DNA of 64,000 nt from Pseudomonadota bacterium. GTDB lineage: Bacteria > Pseudomonadota > Alphaproteobacteria > Sphingomonadales > Sphingomonadaceae. This document shows positions 20,228 to 29,321 of this stretch, piece after piece. The DNA is taken from positions 1,277 through 65,276 of the forward strand of contig JAFEEP010000119.1 in the NCBI GenBank assembly GCA_018241045.1, written 5' to 3'. The translations under genes were made by a program, and so were the position numbers. The stretch's first letter is position 1. The number at the start of each line of letters is the position of its first letter. The notes beneath the pieces are model-generated. The model was given only the letters and a program-made list of their open reading frames with translations. It was not told where the DNA came from and did no database searches.

Positions 20228-21505
20228 TCAGTTCTCCTGCTTCACGGGGAAGCGGTCGTAGTAGAAGGCGAAGCGGCGACGCAGGGCAGGCACGTCGACG
20301 CCGAACACGCCTTCAAGGTCGTAAGCGACCTTGCCGTGAGCATGGCGCGGGTTTTCGGCAAGGTAGCCGAGCAGGCGCGCCTCGATCTCTGGCAGCAGGT
20401 CCAGGCCGGCAAGCGCATAGATGCGGCGGGCCATGCCCTCCTGATCGGCCATGTAGTCGTGGAACGGCACGTCGAGCGATTGTTCCGGGCTCCACGCCGC
20501 ACGTTGGGCGACGCATTCGCGCAGCAGCTTTTCGATGCGATCCGCCCACAGACGGGCGAGTGCGGGCGGATCGATGACCGAGCGACGGGTGCGATCGGAA
20601 TAGCCGAGCATGGTCGTCAGCGAGCGTAGGACGTCGATCGGGTCGCGGTGAGTCACGACCATCGTCGCATCGGGAAAAACCGCCTTGATCGCGGCGAGGT
20701 TTTCCATGTGTTGGGGCGACTTGAGCAGCCAGCGGCGGCGGCCGGGCTGGCCCGGTGCGGCTCCCCGCTGCCAGGCGAGGACTTGAAGCACCTTCTTCTC
20801 GTAGGCATAGGATACGGTTCGGTCGTGCGCGAGGTAGTGGCTCGTCCAGCGCGGCAGGCGGGCGGAAAATTCCCAACTGTAGCAGTTCATGTCCATGAAC
20901 AGCAGTTCATTGTCTTCGTGGATCTCGTTCGCCGCCATTTCGTGCATCGCCGCCATGTGCGGGACGAGCGCGCCGAAAGCGCCCCAGTAGGCCGCGGAGC
21001 GGGCGATGCGCGGATCGGAGACGCCCTTGGGTACGGGTGCGGCGGGCACCGGTTCTTCCGATTCCCACAGCGTCAGCGCGTTGAGCCGGTCATCGCGCGA
21101 CAGCCAGTTGACGAGGTGCGTGGTGCCCGAACGCGGCAGACCGGCGATGAAGATCGGTCGATCGATCGGCACGTCCAGGATCTCGGGGTGGCGGCGGACA
21201 AGGTCTTCGATCCGCAGGCGGTTGGCCATGGCCCGGACCGCCTGTTGCAACACGAAGATGCGGCCTCCGCGGGTCAGGCCGTCATCTTCTTGAAGCGCGG
21301 CGAAGATGACAGCGAGCCGTTCACGAAAGCCGGTCTCGGGGCCGAAGTCGGCGAGCCCCGTTTCAGCCATCGCGCGGGCGAGGGCCTGTTCGGCGGTGAG
21401 CGGACAAGGGAAGTCGGCGGGGCCTTCGCGCCAGGCGGCCAGCGCTGGCGTCACCACAGGATCGGCCATGTCGTCGATGCGGATGATCGGTGGAGATCGT
21501 GTCAT
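20228..21505 (-). CDS. Sulfotransferase-family protein
   Basis: 5'-PSB loop GLPRSGTT, WLLKSPQH, 3'-PB THRDP....S. Confidence 0.88.
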   Translation of the reverse strand: MTRSPPIIRIDDMADPVVTPALAAWREGPADFPCPLTAEQALARAMAETGLADFGPETGFRERLAVIFAALQEDDGLTRGGRIFVLQQAVRAMANRLRIEDLVRRHPEILDVPIDRPIFIAGLPRSGTTHLVNWLSRDDRLNALTLWESEEPVPAAPVPKGVSDPRIARSAAYWGAFGALVPHMAAMHEMAANEIHEDNELLFMDMNCYSWEFSARLPRWTSHYLAHDRTVSYAYEKKVLQVLAWQRGAAPGQPGRRRWLLKSPQHMENLAAIKAVFPDATMVVTHRDPIDVLRSLTTMLGYSDRTRRSVIDPPALARLWADRIEKLLRECVAQRAAWSPEQSLDVPFHDYMADQEGMARRIYALAGLDLLPEIEARLLGYLAENPRHAHGKVAYDLEGVFGVDVPALRRRFAFYYDRFPVKQEN

Positions 21506-22557
21506 GCTGCCTCGGTGAAGGTCAGGATCACTTTTGCCGCACGGGCGCCATCGGCTGCCGTGGCGAGGGCTTCGTGAAAGCGGGAAAAGGCGAAACGGTG
21601 GCTGATGAGCGGTTCCACGTTGTGTTGTCCGGCGGCCAGCATGGCGACGGCTTCGCCAAATTCGGCCGCGCGAGAATCCGCGATGGAACCGGAGACCGTG
21701 ATTTCGTTGGCCATCATTCGCCACAGATCGAGCGACAGCGGTTGGTGATGCAAAGCGATCACGGCGATCCGGGCACGATATTTGGCCACGGCCACGACTT
21801 CGGCGAGAGCGGCGGCTGAACCGGCGCAGTCGATGAAGGCATCGGTTGCAACGAAGGGAGCGCCGAAACGGGCGCCTGCTCCATGGAAGCGCGCGAGGGC
21901 GGTTGAAAGCGGCTCGTCATCGACATTGATCGCCAGCGCCGCGCCAAGCGCGCGGGCGCGTTCGAGCCGTTCGGGCACGCGATCGAATATCGCGATGTCC
22001 CGCACGCCGATGTGACGGAGCATGATCACGGTGCACAGGCCGATCGGGCCGGCGCCCAGAATGGCCACTTTGTCCTGCGCGGTGATCCGGGCGACGCGCA
22101 GCCCGTGGAGGCCGACCGAAAGTGGCTCCGCCAGCGTTGCCTCTGCGAAGGTGAGGCGATCGGGCAGCGGGAACAGGGTTTGCCCGAGTTCGGCGGCGGA
22201 TACGCGGACATAGGGAGCCATCGCACCATCGGGACCGCCGCCGCCAATGAAGGCGCGATCCGGGTTGACCGCGACGCGCAGGCCTGGAGAGATTCCGGAC
22301 ACGCCGTGGCCAACCGCTGCGACGGTGCCGGCGAATTCGTGCCCGATGGGCAGAGGCTCGCCGAGTGGTTCGGCCCCGCCAAGACCACCGTTGGCGATAT
22401 AGCCGAGGTCGCTGCCACAGATGCCGCAGGCGGCCACGCGCACCAGCGCCTCGCCGGCGCCGCAGACCGGGACCTGCACGGTATCGAGCCGCACATCGGC
22501 CGGGCCGTGGACGCGGGCAAGCTGCATCTTGGCAGGCGGGGCGTCCAATGCGGTCAT
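21502..22557 (-). CDS. Zinc-binding (MDR) dehydrogenase
   Basis: CGICGSD, GHEFAG, EPL, GAGPIG; structural-Zn lobe absent. Confidence 0.9.
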   Translation of the reverse strand: MTALDAPPAKMQLARVHGPADVRLDTVQVPVCGAGEALVRVAACGICGSDLGYIANGGLGGAEPLGEPLPIGHEFAGTVAAVGHGVSGISPGLRVAVNPDRAFIGGGGPDGAMAPYVRVSAAELGQTLFPLPDRLTFAEATLAEPLSVGLHGLRVARITAQDKVAILGAGPIGLCTVIMLRHIGVRDIAIFDRVPERLERARALGAALAINVDDEPLSTALARFHGAGARFGAPFVATDAFIDCAGSAAALAEVVAVAKYRARIAVIALHHQPLSLDLWRMMANEITVSGSIADSRAAEFGEAVAMLAAGQHNVEPLISHRFAFSRFHEALATAADGARAAKVILTFTEAA

Positions 22558-22608
22558 CGCGCTCTCTCTCTCCAAGCCAGGCCGGAATCGCCGGTCGCAT
22601 TGCCATGG

Positions 22609-22624
22609 TATACTTGATAGTATA
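22609..22624. promoter_or_regulatory. Putative TetR operator TATACT-TGAT-AGTATA
   Basis: Perfect 6-bp inverted repeat between the divergent MDR gene and tetR. Confidence 0.6.
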
Positions 22625-22672
22625 TTTTGCAAGGACGTTTACGTCGGGCTATCGACAGGGCAGGGAGGACAG

Positions 22673-23326
22673 GTGAACGCGAACGGACAGAATGGCGCGA
22701 GCGGCGCAAAATCCCGGCTGGCGGGTGGGCAAAGGGGCCGTCCATCGGCTGAGACGACGCGATGGCGGATGGCGCAATTGCTGGAGGTTGCGCGCGCCAT
22801 TTTCGTGCGGCGCGGCTATCGCGCCACGACCATGGATGAAGTGGCTGCTGCTGCCGGGGTGACCAAGCGCACACTCTATGCATGGCATCGCGACAAGGAG
22901 GCCTTGTTCCGGGCTTGCGTGTTGCTCGGGGCAGAGCGCTTTCCGCGGCTTGAGCCGGACGCTGCGGGCGATCCGGCCGACGCGCTTGAACGCTATGTCG
23001 TTGAACTGCACGACGAGCTTACCCGTGAAGACAGCTTTGGCATGGGCGCCCTGTTCCTGCGCGAAGCTACGGATTTTCCTGAGCTTGCTGGATCGATCCA
23101 GCGTGGGCATCTCGACTACATGATAGCGCCTTTGGCTGCGTTTCTTCGCCGACATACCCTGGAGGAGGAAGGCTCGGTCGAGCGCACGATGCTGTTCGTG
23201 GCCATGGCGCTGTCGCCGCTGCACAATGCGATGCTGGTCGGGATGGCGCTGCCCTCGCCCGCTGATGTGCTGGCTCATGCAAGGCGTTGCGTCGGAATTT
23301 TTGTTGGCGGAAGTCGGGATGGATGA
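22673..23326 (+). CDS. TetR/AcrR family transcriptional regulator
   Basis: GYRATTMDEVAAAAGVTKRTLY..H.DKEALF; GTG start with SD GGGAGG. Confidence 0.92.
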   Translation: MNANGQNGASGAKSRLAGGQRGRPSAETTRWRMAQLLEVARAIFVRRGYRATTMDEVAAAAGVTKRTLYAWHRDKEALFRACVLLGAERFPRLEPDAAGDPADALERYVVELHDELTREDSFGMGALFLREATDFPELAGSIQRGHLDYMIAPLAAFLRRHTLEEEGSVERTMLFVAMALSPLHNAMLVGMALPSPADVLAHARRCVGIFVGGSRDG

Positions 23327-23332
23327 TCCGGT

Positions 23333-23426
23333 TTCGGCATTCATGCATCAATGTTTTACGCATAGATTGATAATGGCAATTATATGACTTTATATTGCGT
23401 AGATAATCATGGCAATATGTGACGAA
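23333..23426. promoter_or_regulatory. Degenerate island boxes: TTCGGC-N18-TACGCA (23333-23362) and TGCGTA-N19-GACGAA (23396-23426)
   Basis: AT-rich intergenic region upstream of the NTF2 gene. Confidence 0.45.
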
Positions 23427-23468
23427 TCATGATCGTCGCTCCATGCCGGAGTGGCCGGGAGAGAGCCG

Positions 23469-23972
23469 ATGACAGCCACGCTGGAAGACCTTGCCATCCG
23501 CCTTGCCGCGCTAGAGGACAAGGAAGCGATCCGCGCGCTCAAGGCGCGCTACCTGCGCGCCTGCGACCTGAAACAACCCGAAGTGGTGCGCGATTGCTTC
23601 CTCCCCGGCTCGGTGCGGATCGCTTACCAGAACTTCCCCGAATTCACCGATCGCGACGCCTTTGTCGAAGTGTATCGGTCAATGGGTTGTCAGCCAGGCG
23701 TCTACGATATCCATCATGCGACCAACTGGGAAATCGACCTGATCGATGCAGACCACGCTGTCGGCAAATGGTCGCTCAATTTCCGCACGATCCTGACCGG
23801 GCCGCGTCAGGTGGTGCGGCTGGCCGTGGAATACGAGGATGTCTACCGCAAGCAGGACGGGCGCTGGTGGATCGCCGAAAGCGTCAGCCGCGTAACCTCG
23901 ATGCTGACCGAGCAGGTCGGCGAGGACGGCAGTGTGACCGTCGCGGTACTGGCTGAACCCCCGACAGGTTGA
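23469..23972 (+). CDS. NTF2/SnoaL-like protein (BaiE-like)
   Basis: LEDKEAIRALKARYLRACD, HH, A.GKW, YEDVYRKQDGRWWI. Confidence 0.85.
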   Translation: MTATLEDLAIRLAALEDKEAIRALKARYLRACDLKQPEVVRDCFLPGSVRIAYQNFPEFTDRDAFVEVYRSMGCQPGVYDIHHATNWEIDLIDADHAVGKWSLNFRTILTGPRQVVRLAVEYEDVYRKQDGRWWIAESVSRVTSMLTEQVGEDGSVTVAVLAEPPTG

Positions 23973-24073
23973 TCAACGTGCCGGCGGACGCCGATCGAGT
24001 GACGTGCGGATACCGGTTATCAAGTCTCTCCATATGCGCAATGATCAACCATAATATCATATTGAACGCACTT

Positions 24074-24103
24074 TGCGTTATGATATGGCTAATAATCTAC
24101 GAA
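24074..24103. promoter_or_regulatory. Island operator box TGCGTT-N18-TACGAA
   Basis: 22 nt upstream of the SDR start. Confidence 0.6.
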
Positions 24104-24125
24104 TTAATGAGATGGGATTCGGCTG

Positions 24126-24881
24126 ATGATCGACTATGGACTGCATGGCAAGGTTGCGCTGGTCACCGGCGCGGGCGGGGGCATTGGCCGCGCTGCGGCG
24201 CTCGCTTTCGCCCGCTCCGGGGCGAGCGTGATGGTCAGTGACATGAACGACGATGGTGGACTTGAAACCGTTTCGCTGATCGAGGCTGCGGGTGGCAACG
24301 CTGCTTTCGTGCACTGCGACGTGGCTGACGCGGGCGAAGTGAAGGCGATGGTTGCCGCAACGGTCGACAGGTTTGGCGGGCTCGACTGCGCATTCAACAA
24401 TGCCGGCATCAACCGCCTGGGCGATGATGAATACGACGACGCAATCTGGGAGCGCAACATCGGCATCAACCTGTCGGGCGTGATGCGCTGCATGCGTGAG
24501 GAAGCCGAGGTCATGCTGGCGCGTGGCGGCGGCGCGATCGTCAACACCGCCTCGATCAACGGGCTGGTCGGCAATCCCAGCCAGCCGGCCTACGTCGCGG
24601 CCAAGCATGGTGTGGTCGGGCTGGCCCGACACGGTGCGCTGCGCTGGGCCAAGGCGGGTATCCGAGTCAATGCGGTGTGTCCCGGCGTGATCGCGACCCC
24701 GATGACCGCGCAGTACATGGGCGATCCCGACATGGTGGCGCTGCTCAATTCGATGACGCCGATGGGGCGGGTTGGCGCCGCCGATGAAATCGCCGAAGCC
24801 GTGGTCTGGTTGTGCTCGCCCGCGGCCAGTTTCGTCACCGGCCACGCGATGGTCGTCGATGGCGGCGCCACGGCGTTCTGA
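24126..24881 (+). CDS. SDR family oxidoreductase
   Basis: TGAGGGIG, FNNAG, YVAAK, NAVCPG. Confidence 0.92.
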   Translation: MIDYGLHGKVALVTGAGGGIGRAAALAFARSGASVMVSDMNDDGGLETVSLIEAAGGNAAFVHCDVADAGEVKAMVAATVDRFGGLDCAFNNAGINRLGDDEYDDAIWERNIGINLSGVMRCMREEAEVMLARGGGAIVNTASINGLVGNPSQPAYVAAKHGVVGLARHGALRWAKAGIRVNAVCPGVIATPMTAQYMGDPDMVALLNSMTPMGRVGAADEIAEAVVWLCSPAASFVTGHAMVVDGGATAF

Positions 24882-24893
24882 TCGGTTCACGCC

Positions 24894-25820
24894 TCAGGCG
24901 AGCGCCTGCCTGAGCCTCGCCCCGGCGCGGTCGATGTAGGGCAGGGCGTCCGGCACGGCTTCGAACATCGAAAAGAAGCCGTGGATCATGCCTGCGGCCA
25001 GCTCGGTTTCGACCGGCACTCGTGCAGCCTCCAGCGCCGCTGCATAGGCGAGGCCCTCGTCGCGCAGCGGATCGTATTGCGCGACCAGCACCGTCGCCGG
25101 GGGTAAACCGCCAAGGTTTTCATGCCGCAGCACTGCGGCGTGCACGTGCGGGTCGCTGTAGTCACCGAGATACTGCGCCCAGAACCACTGCATCATCGCG
25201 GTGGACAGGAAATAGTCACCGGTGCCGTTTTCGGCATTGGAGGCGTTGTCGAAATCGGTGTCGGTCACCGGATAGATCAGCAACTGGTGGCGAAGTGCGG
25301 GGCCGTTCTCGTCGCGTGCACGGATCGCTACCGCCGCGGCAAGGTTGCCGCCCGCACTGTCACCCGCGACGGCAAGGCGCTGGGCATCGACACCAAGCTC
25401 GCTGGCGTGTTCAGCCGCCCAGAGCAGAGCGTCGTAGCAATCGTCGAGTGGGCCGGGAAACTTCGTTTCGGGGGCGAGGCGATAATCGACAGAAAGGACC
25501 GCCGCGCCGCTGGATCGCGCGAGTGCGCGGCAAGTGGCATCGTGCGATTCCAGATCGCCGATTACCCAACCGCCGCCGTGGAAGTAGAGCACAAGCGGCG
25601 GGTTCTTGCCCGCGCCTTCGGGCAGGTAGAACCTGCCGGCGATCGTGCGGCCGGGCAGGGCGAGCGACAGGTCACGAACTTTCTCCACGGCGGGAGGCGG
25701 TCCCATCTGCATCGGCTTGTTGAGCGCGCGCAGCGCCTCCGGCGTCACAGTGGCATAATCCACTGGCGGCATCTGGGCGAAGAAACCAAGCAGGGCTTCG
25801 ACCTGGGGGTTGAGTGTCAT
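24894..25820 (-). CDS. HSL-family esterase/lactonase (alpha/beta hydrolase)
   Basis: HGGGW, GDSAGG, DPLRDEG, HGF. Confidence 0.92.
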   Translation of the reverse strand: MTLNPQVEALLGFFAQMPPVDYATVTPEALRALNKPMQMGPPPAVEKVRDLSLALPGRTIAGRFYLPEGAGKNPPLVLYFHGGGWVIGDLESHDATCRALARSSGAAVLSVDYRLAPETKFPGPLDDCYDALLWAAEHASELGVDAQRLAVAGDSAGGNLAAAVAIRARDENGPALRHQLLIYPVTDTDFDNASNAENGTGDYFLSTAMMQWFWAQYLGDYSDPHVHAAVLRHENLGGLPPATVLVAQYDPLRDEGLAYAAALEAARVPVETELAAGMIHGFFSMFEAVPDALPYIDRAGARLRQALA

Positions 25821-25840
25821 TGTTTGAAACTCTCCGTCGA

Positions 25841-26743
25841 TCAGCCGAATTGCGCGGCGATTTCCGCGACAGCTGCGGCAATGTCGTTACGACGATAGCC
25901 GAGCATGGCGGTTTCCGCTGCATCGGGTTCATAGAAAATGGTGTTGCCGCGCCCTTGCGGGATCGCAACATCGGGCAGCAGCGGCAGTTCCTCGTCACGC
26001 TCCTCCACAGTCACCTTGTTGCCGACCGCATCGAAGAACAGTTGAAAGTACTGCCGGAACGAGAGGTTTTCGTCTCCGACGAGATAGGCCTTGCCCGGCT
26101 CGCCGCGCAGCAGCGCGCCTTCGATCGCTTCGGACAGCGAGCGGAACGACATGAAGTTGGTGCCGCCGGTCGGGGCAAAATGCGCGATCGGGATCAGGCC
26201 CTTGGCCCATTGGACATAGGGTTCGAAGATCGCGCTGGAAAGGCCGGGGACCGTGCCGACCATGAAAGGCGCGTTGACGCTGACAACATCGTAGCCGGGG
26301 CGGCCTTCGGCGCGTGCCCCTTCGCAGGCGGCAAGGCGCGACTGGATATAGACGTTGCCCGCAACCAGTTCGGGCGCGGCCTGCGGATAGAAGCTGCCAA
26401 GCTGGATCGCGCGCTTGACCCCTGCCTCGCGCGCTGCGGCAAAGAAGGCGGGCAACGCGACATGGTTGGCCTTGTGCAGCCATGCGGCAAAATCTTCGCC
26501 CGGCGGCACGTGGCGCGGATCGTTGCCAGCGGCGAACACTACCCAGTCGAAGCCGAGGAGGCGGTCGGACGTGAAATCGCCGGCAACGTAGTCACCCTGC
26601 AGGAAGCCAAGCGCCGTTAGTGGCGTACCCGCGGGCGCGGCTTCGCCGCGGCCGGTGATCGTAACGTCATGGCCCCGGGCCGCGAGGTGGAGCGCGGCAT
26701 GGCCGCCAAGTGCGCCGGTTCCGCCGACAACGAGGACTTTCAT
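25841..26743 (-). CDS. Extended SDR / NAD-dependent epimerase-dehydratase
   Basis: GGTGALG, YIQSR (Lys replaced by Arg), G.PGKAYLVG. Confidence 0.85.
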   Translation of the reverse strand: MKVLVVGGTGALGGHAALHLAARGHDVTITGRGEAAPAGTPLTALGFLQGDYVAGDFTSDRLLGFDWVVFAAGNDPRHVPPGEDFAAWLHKANHVALPAFFAAAREAGVKRAIQLGSFYPQAAPELVAGNVYIQSRLAACEGARAEGRPGYDVVSVNAPFMVGTVPGLSSAIFEPYVQWAKGLIPIAHFAPTGGTNFMSFRSLSEAIEGALLRGEPGKAYLVGDENLSFRQYFQLFFDAVGNKVTVEERDEELPLLPDVAIPQGRGNTIFYEPDAAETAMLGYRRNDIAAAVAEIAAQFG

Positions 26744-27552
26744 CAGGTTCTCCCTTGGTATTGCGGGTTCGCCACGGGCAGCGGCGCTAAATCGGGGCTG
26801 CGGCGCAGCAGGTTGCCACCATCGACGGCGATGCATTGCCCGGTGATCCAGGCGCTTTCGTCACCCGCGAGAAAGCGGACCGCGCCTGCCATGTCGTCCG
26901 CCTCGCCCAACCGGCCGAGCGGGTATTCGGGCAGGAAGGCGTCAGCCGCGCCGCCATCGAACATCGCCTGGGTGGCGCCGGAGCGGGTAAGGCCGGGACG
27001 GATTGCATTGACGCGCAACCCCGAGGGGCCAAGTTCGTCCGCCGCCATCCGCACCAGTCCTTCAAGCCCGGCCTTGGCGACGTGATAGGCGGCAAGGTGG
27101 CGGAAGGTCAGTTGCGCTGAGCCGGATGACAGGCAGACGATCGACCCGCCGGGCCGCATCAGCGGTGCGGCGTGGCGGATGACATGGAACGTGGCGACGA
27201 CATTCGTTTCGAATGCATCGCGCAGGTCCTGGGCCGTGTGTTCGATCAGCGGCTTGAAGGCGCCGCCACCGACCGTCGCATAGGCGATGTCAAGGCGCCC
27301 AGCGATGTCGTGCGCGTGCTGGAGCGCCCCGGCGACGGCGGCCTCGTCCAGCGCGTCGCCGCACAGTTCATGGACCTCGGCTCCGGTTGCCTGTTCCCGG
27401 ATGCGCGCGGCGACCTGGGTCAGGGCATCGGCGCGACGCGCCATGAGCGCGAGGCGGGCGCCGTCACGCGCCAGTTGCAGCGCGCAGGCTTCGGCGATGG
27501 CGCCGGTGGCCCCGGTGATGAAGGCGGTGCGACCCGAAAGCGGGCCGCTCAC
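26743..27552 (-). CDS. SDR family oxidoreductase
   Basis: TGATGAIA, YHVAK, NAIRPG. Confidence 0.88.
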   Translation of the reverse strand: MSGPLSGRTAFITGATGAIAEACALQLARDGARLALMARRADALTQVAARIREQATGAEVHELCGDALDEAAVAGALQHAHDIAGRLDIAYATVGGGAFKPLIEHTAQDLRDAFETNVVATFHVIRHAAPLMRPGGSIVCLSSGSAQLTFRHLAAYHVAKAGLEGLVRMAADELGPSGLRVNAIRPGLTRSGATQAMFDGGAADAFLPEYPLGRLGEADDMAGAVRFLAGDESAWITGQCIAVDGGNLLRRSPDLAPLPVANPQYQGRT

Positions 27553-27986
27553 GCTGCGCCGCCGACGTCGCGGACAGGCCGGGTTTCCTCCCAGTCGACG
27601 ATCAGCTCGCGACGGACAAATTTCCAGCCAGAGGCTTCGCGCTGCCAGCGGTCCTGGTAGCGGATCGCCCAGACCAGCAGCAGGTCACCACCGTCCGGCC
27701 CGCCGAGGCGATGTTCGGCGGTGGAACGGGTCTCACCCTGTGCGGTATCGCCGGAAACCTGCAGGTCCTGATCATGCACGATGTGGCGTGTCGCCTTGAA
27801 TGCCCGGGCGAGGTGGTCGATCGAACCAAGGTTGGCCTCAAGTCCCTGGATGGCGAAGCCGGGGCCGACGATCTCGACGTCGTCAGCCAATACCGCCCGC
27901 CAGCAATCCTTGTCGCGGCGGTCGGCGCCGATGGCGTAGGTTTCGGCGGCGCCGCGCAGCGCGGCAAGGTCCTGGGCGGCGGTCAT
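27549..27986 (-). CDS. NTF2/SnoaL-like protein
   Basis: YAIGADRRD, ATRH, RYQDRW....GWKF. Confidence 0.85.
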   Translation of the reverse strand: MTAAQDLAALRGAAETYAIGADRRDKDCWRAVLADDVEIVGPGFAIQGLEANLGSIDHLARAFKATRHIVHDQDLQVSGDTAQGETRSTAEHRLGGPDGGDLLLVWAIRYQDRWQREASGWKFVRRELIVDWEETRPVRDVGGAA

Positions 27987-28846
27987 GCGGTGGCCCCTGG
28001 AATTACGATGCCGTTGCCGCTGATCAGCGGGGTGTTGGTCCAGTCACCCTGCGGCGTGCGATACCATCCGGCTGCTGCCAGCGCGCCTCCATCGACGTGA
28101 ATCGCCGTGCCGGTCACCCATGCGGCGAGCGGGCTGGCGAGATAAAGCGCCGCACCCGCGCAATCAGCTGGCTGGCCGAAGCGGCCGAGCGGAATCCAGC
28201 GTTCTTCGTGGGTGCGGTTCTGCGGCGGGATGACATAGTCGAGCGCCAGCTGCGGGGTGTCGGTGGTTTCCGGTGCGATGTCGTTCACGCGGATGCCTTC
28301 GGGGGCCAGTTCAAGCGCCAGGCTCTTGGTGAAGCCGGTGACGCCCCATTTTCCGGCGGCATAGACGGTGCAGCCGGGGATGCCGCGATGGGCTTCGATC
28401 GAGGTGACGTTGATGATCGAGGCGCCCGGCGCCGACTTGCGCAGCAACGGGATCATCGCGCTGGTGATGCGCAGCAACTGGCCCAGGTTGGTGTCGAGGA
28501 TTTCGTCGACCTGATCTTCGGACAGCGTGGCGAAGGGCTGCGCGTGGACGAAGTGACCGACATTGTTGACCAGCACGTCAAGCCTGCCCGTTTCGGCGGC
28601 GATGCGCTGGGCCAACATCTGTCCGACGCCGCGCTGGCGCACGTCGCAGCGGATCACGCGGGCCGAGGGGATGGCCTGTTCCACAGCCTCGGCGTTGGCC
28701 GGGTCAATCTCGGCGATGATCAGCCGTGCGCCCGCCGCAGCGAAGGCTTCGGCGATGGCGCGGCCGATCCCGGCGCCGCCACCGGTGACGAACACGGTCT
28801 TGCCGGCGAAGTCGAGCGCCGTTGCGGGCGAAAGGCTGGCGGTCAT
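27983..28846 (-). CDS. SDR family oxidoreductase
   Basis: TGGGAGIG, NNVG, YAAGK. Confidence 0.9.
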   Translation of the reverse strand: MTASLSPATALDFAGKTVFVTGGGAGIGRAIAEAFAAAGARLIIAEIDPANAEAVEQAIPSARVIRCDVRQRGVGQMLAQRIAAETGRLDVLVNNVGHFVHAQPFATLSEDQVDEILDTNLGQLLRITSAMIPLLRKSAPGASIINVTSIEAHRGIPGCTVYAAGKWGVTGFTKSLALELAPEGIRVNDIAPETTDTPQLALDYVIPPQNRTHEERWIPLGRFGQPADCAGAALYLASPLAAWVTGTAIHVDGGALAAAGWYRTPQGDWTNTPLISGNGIVIPGATA

Positions 28847-28889
28847 GGCCTGCGATTTTCCTCTCCAAAGAACCGATGCTGCCGAATGA

Positions 28890-28919
28890 TTCGGTGCAGC
28901 GGCTAGCAGTTTTTACGCA
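28890..28919. promoter_or_regulatory. Island operator box TTCGGT-N18-TACGCA
   Basis: 43 nt upstream of the SDR start at 28846. Confidence 0.5.
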
Positions 28920-28978
28920 TCTTGAGTTTTGGATTGATTCTTGTCAACAGGATGCGCAGGAGATGGATTGACTGGTCG

Positions 28979-29311
28979 CTAGATGCCGGGTTGCTCGGCG
29001 GGGATGTAGACGACCAGTCCGTCGAGTTCCTCGCCAAGCTGGACCTGGCAGGAAAGGCGGCTGTTCGGGCGGATTTCGACGCCGTCGATTCCCTCCAGCA
29101 TGGCGCGCTCGTCGGGGTGGGCTGCGCCGGTTCGATCAAGCCAGTCGGGATCAATGTAGCAATGGCAGGTGGCACATTGCATCATCCCGCCGCACAGGGC
29201 GTCGATTCCGTCGACGAGGTTGCCCACGGCGAGTTGCATCAGCGTCATGCCTTCGAAGTTCACACAGGTGCGGCGGGTGCCGTCGGGCTGGACGAACGTG
29301 ACCTTGGCCAT
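28979..29311 (-). CDS. [2Fe-2S] ferredoxin (putidaredoxin/adrenodoxin type)
   Basis: CGGMMQCATCHC ... SRLSCQ; 10 nt downstream of the P450. Confidence 0.92.
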   Translation of the reverse strand: MAKVTFVQPDGTRRTCVNFEGMTLMQLAVGNLVDGIDALCGGMMQCATCHCYIDPDWLDRTGAAHPDERAMLEGIDGVEIRPNSRLSCQVQLGEELDGLVVYIPAEQPGI

Positions 29312-29321
29312 TCGTGGCTCC

